39,529 nucleotides of DNA from a virus (Duplodnaviria; Caudoviricetes): positions 1-39,529 of the IMG/VR virus record IMGVR_UViG_3300005739_000034, one strand, 5' to 3'. Made by a program: the position numbers and the translations under genes. Each line of letters starts with the position of its first letter. Position 1 is the first letter of the stretch. Below, piece after piece: positions 16,949 to 25,710 of this stretch. The notes under the pieces are model-generated. The model did no database searches and was not told the origin of the DNA. It worked only from the letters and a program-made list of their open reading frames with translations.

Positions 16949-17358
16949 CCCAACAGAGAACGCGGGCCGGTGGCGGGATTGTTGTAGCCGCCAGTTTCAC
17001 CGGCAAGCAATGTCTGCCGCTGTCCTTTGCGCTTCATTTCTTCCTGCCGCGATTGTCTGGCGGCTTGCGCTACTTCTACTCGCTGGGGAGCAGACGCGGG
17101 AGGAGGCATAGGCGTCGGTGCAGGCGGCGGCGGCGGCGGCGGCATCTCTGGAAGTTTTGGCGGTGGCGGTGGCGGTGGCGGAGGAGGCGGTGGTGGTGGC
17201 GGAGGAGGCGGTGGCGGAGGAGGCGGTGGTGCTTGGTAAACAGGTTGCGGAGCAGGCTTGCTGCGTCCGCCACCACCACCAAAAAAGCACACGCTGGATG
17301 CCAACAGCGGATTCAAGCCAAGTGAACCACCAAGGGATCGAAGAGTTTCTGGGTCCAT
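16945..17358 (-). CDS. Proline-rich small virion protein (T7 gp7.3-like position)
   Basis: CFFGGGGG, Pro-rich middle, RKGQRQTLL and C-terminal SLLG; directly upstream of the portal gene with an ATGA overlap. Confidence 0.65.
   Translation of the reverse strand: MDPETLRSLGGSLGLNPLLASSVCFFGGGGGRSKPAPQPVYQAPPPPPPPPPPPPPPPPPPPPPPPPKLPEMPPPPPPPAPTPMPPPASAPQRVEVAQAARQSRQEEMKRKGQRQTLLAGETGGYNNPATGPRSLLG
17158..17229 (-). repeat. 24 consecutive proline codons (mixed CCA/CCG/CCT)
   Basis: Read directly; a second run (CCG)6-CCT follows a few codons later. Confidence 0.9.
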
Positions 17359-17714
17359 AGTTGTAGGTGTTTAGTTTTGAAATAGCGCAACCGGTCGTGC
17401 CTTTTGCGCTGCCACGCAACCAGCGGTAGTGGATACGGCATCATAGTCAACACATTTTTGACTAAACCTCGCGGACTGTTTCCCATGATGTCGGCATAGG
17501 CATAGACCAACCAGCAGTCCTGCCGGTCCCGCGGGAATACGATGGACGGGTCGTTGATTGCCTCGATGCCCGCGGTGCTGTCCACCGCCCTGCCCATGAG
17601 AAAGAATTCCGGAGTCGAGAACACATACCCATTGAGAAGGTGCTGTTCCAAATCCCCGCGAAAAGTGCGCTCGGTGTCGCTGTAGAGCGCGTGGATGCGT
17701 TCGGCTGGGGTCAT
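17313..17714 (-). CDS. Hypothetical protein between terL and the head module (possible GNAT-like fold)
   Basis: 133 aa, ATGA overlap with the terL stop; the fold is only a guess. Confidence 0.55.
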   Translation of the reverse strand: MTPAERIHALYSDTERTFRGDLEQHLLNGYVFSTPEFFLMGRAVDSTAGIEAINDPSIVFPRDRQDCWLVYAYADIMGNSPRGLVKNVLTMMPYPLPLVAWQRKRHDRLRYFKTKHLQLWTQKLFDPLVVHLA

Positions 17715-19249
17715 CTCCGGACCAGCGGTCTTGCGCGGGCGATCAATGGATCGCGAAATCCTGTGCGGACCACAGGTGTCACTCGCGGGTTTGCCATGCC
17801 TTGAATCATGCCTGCCATTTCCGCTTCGGCCAAAATGCGGAGCGCGTCGGCGGCGTGACTCGACCAGTCATGCACGGGTTCATTCTGCGCCAAGCCGGTG
17901 GAAGTGAATCGCCGGTAATGGTAGTTCGCCAGCGCAGTCAGACCGGCATCGCAGGCAGGCAAGCGGAAGGTCATTCGCGGCATGAGTTGTCGGAGCCGGT
18001 TGATGCCCACCCAGACATCCGCGGTGCGCGGAACACACCGGCAATTCTTTAGACCGGCGGATTGCAGTTCGCCTTGGAAGGTGCGCCCGCTGGAGTTGGT
18101 GGACGCGGCGTCGTGAGGCAGGAAATGGGTTCCGTAGTTGTAACCTTTGGCCAACATGTGGGACACGCGCTGGACCGGCGTCATGTCCAATTCCATGTCC
18201 ACATCGATCACGCGAATCTCGGTCCCCACGCTCTGCCAATACCAAGTCACCGTGTTTTCCGGACTGCCCAAATCCCATGATGTGTGAACCAGCGCGGAAT
18301 CATCGAACAAGCGCGGACCGATTGCGCCCGCGGCTCGCAACTTGTCGAGTTGGTCCGCGTAGATCGCGCCCTCGACCGGCGATTTGAAGCACTCGTCAAT
18401 GGTGCTGGGGAATTCGCGGAAAACAAACATCCCAAGGTTGCGTTCCTGCCGGTCATACCAAACGCGCTGACCCGCGGTGAGTTTCTGCCCGATTTCTTTT
18501 TCCAAGGCGTCGAGATACTGGGCGGTGTCCTTCCGGATCGTTTCCGGATCGCCATCGAGCGTGTAAGTGGGATCGCGCCACCAAGGAAAGAACAGCACAC
18601 GCCAATCCTTCGCGGTCTTCGCGCTGTCCGGCGTTTCCAGCGCGGTCTTGACCAGTTCCCACAGGTGTCCGCCGCGCCCGCCCTTCCATGTCGTTTCGAC
18701 AATGATCACGCCATGTTCCGCGGACGGGATCGCGCCGGTCAGAATTTCCTCTGATCGTTTCGGATCGTCGGCTTGGATCACGCCCCATTCGGAGAGGTGC
18801 AACCAGTTGTTGGTTCCACCGCGGGCGCGTAGACCGGCGAAGAACGAAGAAGGCGCATCCTCGCCCATCGACAGTTCCAGCGTGGACCCGCTGTCGCGCA
18901 GCAACTGGTAACGGTCGCGCAGCATGGGCGGCAGACTGTCAAATGCAGTCCGGACAATGGTGGACAACTTACGCTCCGCGTCCGCCATCGTGCAGTCCAC
19001 CAGCGATGCCTGCACACCGGCATTGAACAGCACTTGGTCCGCCAACAGGACATCGATTGCCGTGGACATCCCCAGCCTCCGCGCTTTGAGGATGATCAAC
19101 CGCTTGCAACCTTGGCGCAGGATGAGGTCGTAGACCTGCTGCTGCTCCGGTCGAGGTTCAAACGCAATGACCCTGCCGTCATCCGCCCGCTTGATGTGGT
19201 AGAGATTGGCGAGCCTCCAGAGCGGGTCGGCAAACAGGTCGGGGTTCAT
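17711..19249 (-). CDS. terL: Terminase large subunit
   Basis: Walker A-like LKARRLGMST, Walker B LHLSE, nuclease motifs SWDLG and PVHDWSSHAADALR. Confidence 0.93.
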   Translation of the reverse strand: MNPDLFADPLWRLANLYHIKRADDGRVIAFEPRPEQQQVYDLILRQGCKRLIILKARRLGMSTAIDVLLADQVLFNAGVQASLVDCTMADAERKLSTIVRTAFDSLPPMLRDRYQLLRDSGSTLELSMGEDAPSSFFAGLRARGGTNNWLHLSEWGVIQADDPKRSEEILTGAIPSAEHGVIIVETTWKGGRGGHLWELVKTALETPDSAKTAKDWRVLFFPWWRDPTYTLDGDPETIRKDTAQYLDALEKEIGQKLTAGQRVWYDRQERNLGMFVFREFPSTIDECFKSPVEGAIYADQLDKLRAAGAIGPRLFDDSALVHTSWDLGSPENTVTWYWQSVGTEIRVIDVDMELDMTPVQRVSHMLAKGYNYGTHFLPHDAASTNSSGRTFQGELQSAGLKNCRCVPRTADVWVGINRLRQLMPRMTFRLPACDAGLTALANYHYRRFTSTGLAQNEPVHDWSSHAADALRILAEAEMAGMIQGMANPRVTPVVRTGFRDPLIARARPLVRR

Positions 19250-19629
19250 CGAAAATCGTAAACAACAGAAGTAGTTGGCGTTTCAAACAACTCCACAGCG
19301 ACAATCTGTGGCAACGAATCCTTCAATTTATGGGCGCACCAGTAGCAAAGATTTTCGGCGGTTGTTTCAAATTCAAAATGGTGGTTCAAAAAAGAATGAT
19401 CTAATTGATTGATCAGAGGTCGCACCGCGGAAGCGATGTCTGCATAATCAACCACCCAATCCCGCGCAGGGTCCAATGTGCCTTCGCAATGGACTCGCAG
19501 TTTGTAACTATGTCCATGCAGCCTTCCGCATTGATGACCAACCGGCACTTTCGTCAATTGATGTGCCGCCTCGAAAGAGAAGTCTTTCCATAGGCGGAAC
19601 TTTGCTTTCAGTCTGTCTTGTTTGTTCAT
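19246..19629 (-). CDS. queD: 6-carboxy-5,6,7,8-tetrahydropterin synthase (QueD/PTPS family)
   Basis: FEAAH, CGRLHGHSY (CxxxHGH), LDHSFLN, TAEN and ETPT motifs. Confidence 0.9.
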   Translation of the reverse strand: MNKQDRLKAKFRLWKDFSFEAAHQLTKVPVGHQCGRLHGHSYKLRVHCEGTLDPARDWVVDYADIASAVRPLINQLDHSFLNHHFEFETTAENLCYWCAHKLKDSLPQIVAVELFETPTTSVVYDFR

Positions 19630-20264
19630 AAAGCCATTTGCAATTGCGGTCGGTGATCCCCGCCGGTCGATTGCTCCAAGTAACGATGTAGTTCTTCAAG
19701 CCTGTCTTCCCCGCCGCGCATCCAACCCGTGCCATCGCAGGATTCAACTCCTGCTTCATGGCACATCCACAGCAATCGTTCAGAGTTAACCCGCCCAACA
19801 TGAACACGCGGAAAATTATTTGCCCATGTGTGTAAATGACGCCATTTCCACTTGGTCGTTCCGCCAACAAACACGACATCCGCTTCGTTGGGAACATCGT
19901 TGGGAGTCATCCCGTCCTGCACGGCAAAAGCAAAGCCAACTCCGTGAAGTCGGCTCCGTAGTTGAGGCATCCATTCATGCCAACGAATGATCGTCGCTTC
20001 GCGGTCTGTAACCACATCTGGAACTACCACCCAACGCGGTTTGTGCGCGGTTTTAGAACGCTCGACCAGTTGAATAAATAAATTGGCGTCCCATTGCCGG
20101 TCGTTGACCCATGCCCCATACGCCCCGTTGTCCAAAGCATATGGCATCCAACTGGGCGGTTGTCTCCACCCGTCCGGCGACAACAACCAACCTATCCTTC
20201 CTTGGAACTTTCCGGCAAGATATCCAATCTGGATTCCGGAGTTATTTGAAGGCATTATAATCAT
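19626..20264 (-). CDS. Putative TGT-fold (DpdA-like) guanine transglycosylase
   Basis: Motifs ALDNGAY, VPDVV, AVQDG, FVGG, HVGRVN and SCDGTGW occur in the order of the TGT barrel signature; translationally coupled to queD. Confidence 0.6.
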   Translation of the reverse strand: MIIMPSNNSGIQIGYLAGKFQGRIGWLLSPDGWRQPPSWMPYALDNGAYGAWVNDRQWDANLFIQLVERSKTAHKPRWVVVPDVVTDREATIIRWHEWMPQLRSRLHGVGFAFAVQDGMTPNDVPNEADVVFVGGTTKWKWRHLHTWANNFPRVHVGRVNSERLLWMCHEAGVESCDGTGWMRGGEDRLEELHRYLEQSTGGDHRPQLQMAL

Positions 20265-20695
20265 GCCGGTTTCTTGTCGCCGCGCCGGATCGAGGCGAAC
20301 AGCGCGGTGATGCTGTCATCCGCGGAATGCTCGACTTTTTCCGGAGCGGCAAGCCCCATGAGTTTGACCAGTTCCTTCTGTGCCGCGGTGGCAGCGGAAT
20401 ATTCACCGGCATTGGTCGCCAGCATGAACAGCGTTTCAAACCGTTGTTTCGCCTTGGCGGTTTCGGTTTCGATGTCCTTTGAGAATGCCGCCTTGATCCG
20501 CTCGTTTGCCGCGGCGATGTAGCGTTCCGCGGTGCATTTGGATACACCGAATTCTCCCTCACAAAACTGCACGACCTTACTGTAGCGCAATCCGTCGATC
20601 AGCAGGTCAGCAACAGCGGAAATGCGCTGTTCCAATTCGGCTTCGCTGGTTTTGTCTCCGCGGGCTTTTGCCATGTTTTTGACTAAACCTGCCAT
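20261..20695 (-). CDS. Probable terminase small subunit (HTH + helical)
   Basis: HTH-like EFGVSKCTAERYI, helical ELVKLMGL...EKVEHS tail; upstream of terL. Start is ATG 20695 or 20674, not the track's 20827. Confidence 0.6.
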   Translation of the reverse strand: MAGLVKNMAKARGDKTSEAELEQRISAVADLLIDGLRYSKVVQFCEGEFGVSKCTAERYIAAANERIKAAFSKDIETETAKAKQRFETLFMLATNAGEYSAATAAQKELVKLMGLAAPEKVEHSADDSITALFASIRRGDKKPA

Positions 20696-20702
20696 TGAAT
20701 TA

Positions 20703-20930
20703 TCAGTCAAGCGGATCGGTTGAAGGTGCGCTGCCGGAATCGGTTTTCGGGCGGGTCTTGATGCGGATGAATTTGGTCCCGTCTTTGAACTCGTTGACCC
20801 AGCCGGATAGCCAGTAGTCCGCGCCACCGATGTTGATGTCGCCCTTGTAATCGGGATCGTTTTTGCCTTCGCGCTGTTGTTTGTTTTTCCACAGGCGTCC
20901 TGTGTTGGTGTTGTCGTATTGTTTGCTCAT
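20703..20930 (-). CDS. Small ssDNA-binding-like protein (DUF736-like)
   Basis: GRLWKN...DPDYKGDINIGGADYWLSGW and an acidic tail; ATG 20930 overlaps the upstream TGA. Confidence 0.55.
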   Translation of the reverse strand: MSKQYDNTNTGRLWKNKQQREGKNDPDYKGDINIGGADYWLSGWVNEFKDGTKFIRIKTRPKTDSGSAPSTDPLD

Positions 20931-21133
20931 TTTTTTGTTTTTTGCTTTTTGACTAAACCTTGCCGGAAATGTTGCGGGTTGCGCTCGATCCATGCGACGG
21001 CAATTCCGGAATCGCCAACCTCGCTGGCGCGAACGCAGTTGTCGCTGATGACGCCATGCTCTTGCAGGATGTTCATCACCGCGGTTTCGTCATCGTGGAG
21101 GAAGTTTTCGATGTATGCTTCCAGCGTGTTCAT
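20927..21133 (-). CDS. Hypothetical protein (68 aa)
   Basis: ATG 21133 preceded by AGGAGG; overlaps neighbouring genes at both ends. Confidence 0.6.
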   Translation of the reverse strand: MNTLEAYIENFLHDDETAVMNILQEHGVISDNCVRASEVGDSGIAVAWIERNPQHFRQGLVKKQKTKK

Positions 21134-21810
21134 TTGCCGCCCTCCTTGTCGCGGAACGATTCCCAATCGCAAACCGCAACGCCTCCCGCCTCGCTGATCC
21201 GACTCGCGACGGAAGGTCCGACGCTTTGCAGGAACACTTGCTGGGTCTGGTTGCTGACCAGAATGGTGTCCTTCATGTTCGCGTAGCGTTTGTCGAGGAT
21301 GTGGGTGAGAAGACGGTCCTCCCACGGTGTTTCTCCCCTCTCCTGCATCTCGTCAACGACCAGCAATGTGGGCTTGGTGTAGGCTTTAATCGCGTCCCGC
21401 TCGCTGCCGCCTTTGCGGTAGGAATCTTTTATGTCGAGGAAGATGTCCATCGCGGTGCAATACCGGAAGGACAGTTCCCGTTCCGCGGCTTCGCGGATCG
21501 CGGCGATTGCCATCTGGGTTTTGCCGGTCCCGCGTGGTCCGATTAGAGCGATGATGGAACCGGTCTGCAATCGCGCAGAAACCCGCCTAAAAATCGCTTT
21601 CCACCGGTCCCCGCTGTAGGTCAGCGGACGCATATGCCGACGCGGGAGAGAGGCGTTTTCGAGCGCGGAATCGACACGCTTGCGTTTTTGCTCTGTTTCC
21701 CACTCGTTGAGACGGTCGTTGTAGTCCTCGTCAGATGTGACTGACAGATGCGAGCCGGTCACCGTCAAACTGCCCAGCACGGTTGGAAGTGTTTCTGCGA
21801 TTGTTTTCAT
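21130..21810 (-). CDS. DnaC/IstB-like AAA+ helicase loader
   Basis: Walker A GPRGTGKT, Walker B LLVVDE, ILDKRY...TILVSN...SRI. Confidence 0.88.
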   Translation of the reverse strand: MKTIAETLPTVLGSLTVTGSHLSVTSDEDYNDRLNEWETEQKRKRVDSALENASLPRRHMRPLTYSGDRWKAIFRRVSARLQTGSIIALIGPRGTGKTQMAIAAIREAAERELSFRYCTAMDIFLDIKDSYRKGGSERDAIKAYTKPTLLVVDEMQERGETPWEDRLLTHILDKRYANMKDTILVSNQTQQVFLQSVGPSVASRISEAGGVAVCDWESFRDKEGGK

Positions 21811-22456
21811 TTTGTTTGGGTTGGAAGACGCCGGTCCATCCGTTGCTGATGGAGGCGTGGATTGCGTCGATTGCTTGGTCTACTCCCCACAACGCCATGC
21901 GTTGCAGGAGTGCTTTTTCCGATTGCGGTTGGAGTTTTCCCTTCTTCGCCTTGCGCCGGTAGGTGCGGTAGTCCTCCCATGCCTGCCGGAATTCTGGGGT
22001 GTCGAGGTTGCTGGGCAGTTGCACAGCGTCGGCTTTATCGTCTCCGTCTACGACTCCGTCTTCGTCTTCGTCTTCGTCTTCGGATATAGTGTGCATTTGC
22101 TCGCATCTGCTATGCATCTGCGTAGCATCTGCTGGCGGGTGCGGGTATTTTGACTGCTTGGCGCGTATCTGCTGACCGAAGTGTTCGACCTGCACATAAG
22201 GCTTGCCGTCAACCTCATAAGCCAACAACACACCCGCCTTGTGGCACTCGTTTAGGTAGGCGCGGATGTCCTTGTCCGACACTTTGTCGATCCGGAGCGG
22301 GTAGCAGGACGCCCGCAAAAGCACCGGCATCCCGTGGAATCGTCCGTAATCGTCCACGACCGACAGGAGTCGCCGGTAGAACAGTTCCGCGCCCGCGGAA
22401 AGGTCGTTGATCCGCGGGGAGGTCAAGATGCCTTCGCGAACTATTCTATTGGGCAT
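21731..22456 (-). CDS. Phage replication initiator (replisome organiser)
   Basis: N-terminal winged-helix-like RLLSVVDDYGRF, acidic linker, C-terminal AWEDYRTYR...SISNGWTGVF; paired with the DnaC-like loader. Confidence 0.75.
   Translation of the reverse strand: MPNRIVREGILTSPRINDLSAGAELFYRRLLSVVDDYGRFHGMPVLLRASCYPLRIDKVSDKDIRAYLNECHKAGVLLAYEVDGKPYVQVEHFGQQIRAKQSKYPHPPADATQMHSRCEQMHTISEDEDEDEDGVVDGDDKADAVQLPSNLDTPEFRQAWEDYRTYRRKAKKGKLQPQSEKALLQRMALWGVDQAIDAIHASISNGWTGVFQPKQNENNRRNTSNRAGQFDGDRLASVSHI
22093..22132. repeat. Four GCAT[CT]TGC repeats at 10-11 bp spacing, putative origin iterons
   Basis: Copies at 22093, 22103, 22114 and 22125 inside the initiator gene, next to (CGTCTT)4 at 22057-22080. 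Confidence 0.5.
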
Positions 22457-22871
22457 AGGTCAACATTGCCTCCGCGGGTTTCGCCTCCAGAAAAAGCGAC
22501 GGGATCGGACCGTATTGTTTGAGCGCGTGGAGCGAGCAGATGCGCGAATCCTCTTCGATCCATCCCGCCGGTCGCAGGGCGTCAAGAACGCCCTTGATGA
22601 GATTGTCGAGGTCCGGTCGTTTGTTGTGAAAGACCAGTTCGTTCTTCTGCTTCGACGCCTTCGGGTGCGCGAATGTCCAGATGAGCATCATGGAAATGTT
22701 TCCACCCATTGGCTTCGCCGGTCGCGCCTGCATCAGTTGCGCCACCAGCAAGCGGTGCGTGTCTGCCACTTTTTTCTTGGTGAAAAAAACCGGCTTGCCG
22801 TTGTGGACGAACACGCCCTTTTGCTGTGCCGTCGCGGTGGACGGGTTGCCGTTAATCGTGAGACGAATCAC
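22446..22871 (-). CDS. rusA: RusA-family Holliday junction resolvase
   Basis: KRPDLDNLIKGVLDAL...EEDSRI catalytic motif. Confidence 0.88.
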   Translation of the reverse strand: MIRLTINGNPSTATAQQKGVFVHNGKPVFFTKKKVADTHRLLVAQLMQARPAKPMGGNISMMLIWTFAHPKASKQKNELVFHNKRPDLDNLIKGVLDALRPAGWIEEDSRICSLHALKQYGPIPSLFLEAKPAEAMLTYAQ

Positions 22872-23028
22872 GCTTGCCTCCTTTCCGCGCTTTGCTCGAT
22901 TCGACCAGTTGATTGATCGCTTCGTCGCGCTGGCGTTCCATGTCGCGGCAGAAATCCGCGGGAACGAATTCCAGAAACGGGTGAAGGTCGCGCCGGATCA
23001 CCTTGTCGGTTTCGATGGTGTCACTCAT
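22852..23028 (-). CDS. Hypothetical protein (58 aa, not in ORF track)
   Basis: MSDTIETDKVIRRDLHPFLEFVPADFCRDMERQRDEA...; ATGA overlap with the upstream gene. Confidence 0.55.
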   Translation of the reverse strand: MSDTIETDKVIRRDLHPFLEFVPADFCRDMERQRDEAINQLVESSKARKGGKRDSSHD

Positions 23029-23189
23029 TTGCTGCTCACCTCCTCCACTTCATCAAGGGTCATTTGGCGTTCCTTGACCTGCCCGTGCAGGCGGACCCAG
23101 ACCCACTTCCCTGCTGCTTTGACAACCACACCGTGCCGCGTCGATTGCGGGCGCGGGTGCTTGGTCCGGATGTAGGTTCCAACCTTCAC
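23025..23189 (-). CDS. Hypothetical small beta-rich (SH3-like) protein
   Basis: GTG start overlaps the upstream TGA; VKVGTYIRT...GVVVKAAGKWVWVRL. Confidence 0.5.
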   Translation of the reverse strand: MKVGTYIRTKHPRPQSTRHGVVVKAAGKWVWVRLHGQVKERQMTLDEVEEVSSK

Positions 23190-23521
23190 GCGGTCACCTC
23201 GCTTCCCGTGTAGACCGCGAGGACGCGGGCGTGTGCCTCTTTGCGCTTCGCCGGTCGATAGCCAATCCGTCGAATGATGCCCTTCTTCATCGCCATGAGG
23301 AATCGTCCTCCCCACGCATTCGGGTTCGGCGGGTCGCCCACCCATTGCCGGACATCTTCCGCGGTGAACTCATGCCCACCGCGGGCAAGGACGCCGATCA
23401 TCACATCCGCGGCATCGCGCCATTCGGGGTCGGTGGCGCGGTCTGCCCGCGCCACCCCCTTCTCCCGTAATTGTTCGCCGGTCTGGGTCACAATACGCCC
23501 TCCAATTGTTTGGTCATCCAT
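23186..23521 (-). CDS. Hypothetical phage protein, possibly winged-helix
   Basis: FTAEDVR...PNAWGGRF...KKGIIRRIG; start uncertain (GTG 23491 also possible). Confidence 0.6.
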   Translation of the reverse strand: MDDQTIGGRIVTQTGEQLREKGVARADRATDPEWRDAADVMIGVLARGGHEFTAEDVRQWVGDPPNPNAWGGRFLMAMKKGIIRRIGYRPAKRKEAHARVLAVYTGSEVTA

Positions 23522-24300
23522 GCCGGAAGACCGATGTGGACAATGTCATTGCCCCACGCGGGGAAATGGTTTTCCGCTTCGCAATGGCGCACCAGCGCGA
23601 GGTCGCGCCGGTATTGTTTGCGTCCCCACTCGATGGCGTCGGGGTCCAGAGCGTAAACCGCGCTGGCGAACGGTGGTTCCTTCTCGACCGCGATGATGAG
23701 GAACTGGGTCCGCTCGATGCCCAGCAATTTGAGGATGTCGAGGTAGTATGCCGCCTGCACATTGTAGCGGTATTTGGCGATGGATTTTTCCATCTCTTGC
23801 GGGTCCGCGGACGCGGTGGTCTTGAGGTCCGCAACGATGTTGCCGGTCTTCGGCAGGATATCGATCCGCGCCTTCCGGAGTATGCCGTCGCTGTCTGTCG
23901 CAAACGCGCTGCGCTCGACATCGCTGCCGGAAATGATCCGCTTCGCGTTCGGGTTCGACCAGACGCTGTCCATCATCCCGCGCAGGGCGACATCCTCGTC
24001 CTCGCTGATGATGGGCAAAGTCTGCGATGCCTTCCACTCCTTGCCTTCTTTGGTGGCAAAGTTCATGCCCGCGGGCTTGACCACCCACGCATCTTTTATG
24101 GTGTCCGGCTCAAGGATCGCACGGTGAACCATGCTCCCCAGCCGCATGGCGGGCGTTTGCTCCGTCTCGACCAGACCCAGCTTTTTCGCACGGTAGTGTG
24201 CCGGTGTGCGCGGCGGGCAAATCCAATCGAGGTCCGATTTGGCGATAGCTTCGGAAGACCGGTATTGGAATTCCGGCATGGAAAGGATTCCGTCGTTCAC
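23488..24300 (-). CDS. RecE/exodeoxyribonuclease VIII-like PD-(D/E)XK exonuclease (DUF3799-type)
   Basis: TPAMRLGSMVHRAILEP, KARID...ADLKTT, YNVQAAYY and IAVEKEPP motifs. Confidence 0.88.
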   Translation of the reverse strand: MNDGILSMPEFQYRSSEAIAKSDLDWICPPRTPAHYRAKKLGLVETEQTPAMRLGSMVHRAILEPDTIKDAWVVKPAGMNFATKEGKEWKASQTLPIISEDEDVALRGMMDSVWSNPNAKRIISGSDVERSAFATDSDGILRKARIDILPKTGNIVADLKTTASADPQEMEKSIAKYRYNVQAAYYLDILKLLGIERTQFLIIAVEKEPPFASAVYALDPDAIEWGRKQYRRDLALVRHCEAENHFPAWGNDIVHIGLPAWMTKQLEGVL

Positions 24301-24974
24301 AGTAGTTCCTCCTGCTGGGTGGCAACGGTTGCGGTGACGGGTTCGACCGGCGCAAGTTCGACCGGCGCGGGTTCCTCCGGAAGCACAAGGTCGGTCGCGA
24401 CAACGCGCCCGCTGACCTGCTTTGGTGTCGAGTAGTCCTGCACCTCTTCGCGGATGCCGATGCCTTTGAGCGCGTCGGGAAACGCATCGCGGACTGCCCA
24501 GCTACGCGCCCGCATTTGGAGCATCCGCTGGGGATACTGCTGCCAAGGTCCGGCTTTGCCCCAGAGTCCGGCGCGTTTGGCGTCCGCCTCGCCAAAGGTC
24601 CGCAGGACCGCGGAACGGTCGCGGCGTTTTATGACGCAAGTTGCCGTGTTGCCTTCGATGGTTTCCTCTATGTCGAGGAACGACGGGTGCGCGGTGCAAA
24701 GCGCGAGTGCCGCGTCTCCCCATATGGTGGGACGCCCGTTGACCACAGCGATGCTCTGGAGTGCCTGCATAGGTGCAAGCCCCAGTTCCATGCCATGCTG
24801 GATCGCCACCATCACCGCTTCGGGTGTGTTGAATGTTTTCGGAGCCAATCCGCTGTTGACCACAGCGCGGCAGAATCGCGCCATGTCATCGAAGGATTGG
24901 AGTTGGACGCCGGTCTGGGTGACCGGAATGTTCACAGCGAGTTGTTGACTCGCGGAGTTTTGTTTTGTAGCCAT
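24297..24974 (-). CDS. RecT-like single-strand annealing protein
   Basis: GMELGLAPMQALQSIAVVNGRP...PWQQYPQRML...AFPDALKG; adjacent to the RecE-like gene; start reassigned to ATG 24974. Confidence 0.85.
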   Translation of the reverse strand: MATKQNSASQQLAVNIPVTQTGVQLQSFDDMARFCRAVVNSGLAPKTFNTPEAVMVAIQHGMELGLAPMQALQSIAVVNGRPTIWGDAALALCTAHPSFLDIEETIEGNTATCVIKRRDRSAVLRTFGEADAKRAGLWGKAGPWQQYPQRMLQMRARSWAVRDAFPDALKGIGIREEVQDYSTPKQVSGRVVATDLVLPEEPAPVELAPVEPVTATVATQQEELL

Positions 24975-25044
24975 GTTTTGCTGTTTGTTGTTTGCCCGCT
25001 GCGAGGGACACTTCGTAGCGGGCTTTTCGTTTGTTGGCGTGTCC

Positions 25045-25209
25045 CTAAATTCGTGTCCGGCGGTTGAGTTCGTTGCGGTAAAACCAGCGATGCCAGCGCA
25101 GGTCTTCACGACCCGCTTTGCGCCCGTAGTGCCACCCGATCCGGAAAGTGATGTAGGACAGGATTGCCCAGCCCAGACCGGTGAGAAGGAAGGTGAGTGA
25201 GGAAATCAT
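25045..25209 (-). CDS. Small membrane protein (54 aa)
   Basis: One hydrophobic helix (MISSLTFLLTGLGWAILSYITF) followed by a basic tail; ATGA overlap with GGAGG upstream. Confidence 0.55.
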   Translation of the reverse strand: MISSLTFLLTGLGWAILSYITFRIGWHYGRKAGREDLRWHRWFYRNELNRRTRI

Positions 25210-25463
25210 ACGATTGCCTCCGCTTTGACTGCATGGTTGAGCTTCCGGAGAACGCTGACTGCCTCGCGGATCGAGGTCCGGCAATGCACCTCCATGTTTT
25301 CGGTGTTGCGTCGTTCCCACAACCATTGGATGCGGCTTTTGACTGCCAGCTGCGTCTCCACGATGTCGCTAAAATTGAAGACGCAGGCGAATTTGTAGCA
25401 GAGGTTCATGCCCTGCCGTTGGCGGGTGTATTCTTGGATTTGGGTTTTGATGGTGCTGTTCAT
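25206..25463 (-). CDS. Hypothetical protein (85 aa)
   Basis: MNSTIKTQIQEY... fills the gap in the early operon; the track's longer start overlaps the upstream gene. Confidence 0.55.
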   Translation of the reverse strand: MNSTIKTQIQEYTRQRQGMNLCYKFACVFNFSDIVETQLAVKSRIQWLWERRNTENMEVHCRTSIREAVSVLRKLNHAVKAEAIV

Positions 25464-25479
25464 TGTTGTGCTGTGTGAG

Positions 25480-25710
25480 TTAGTGTGACACCGCTTTAGC
25501 CCAGCGAATGTATCGGCGGGAAACTGTCGCGGTGAAGGTGGATACTTTCGGGTGGACATCCTCGCCCTGCGATTTGAGCCATTCATGGATCGCCGCGTAG
25601 GAATAGCCCTTCCGGCGAAGGATCGAGACGGTGGGCATCCACCGGTCGGTGTTGCGGTATTTGCGTCCCGCGGGGGGTGCTGCTTTGGCAAGGCGCAGGA
25701 GGTCTTTCAT
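25480..25710 (-). CDS. Putative small HTH DNA-binding protein
   Basis: LRRKGYSYAAIHEWLKSQG helix-turn-helix-like segment; coupled to the upstream RHH gene. Confidence 0.55.
   Translation of the reverse strand: MKDLLRLAKAAPPAGRKYRNTDRWMPTVSILRRKGYSYAAIHEWLKSQGEDVHPKVSTFTATVSRRYIRWAKAVSH

Noticed and set aside
17027-17325. Poly-Gly and poly-Arg plus-strand ORFs
   Set aside because: Reverse-complement readings of the polyproline tract.
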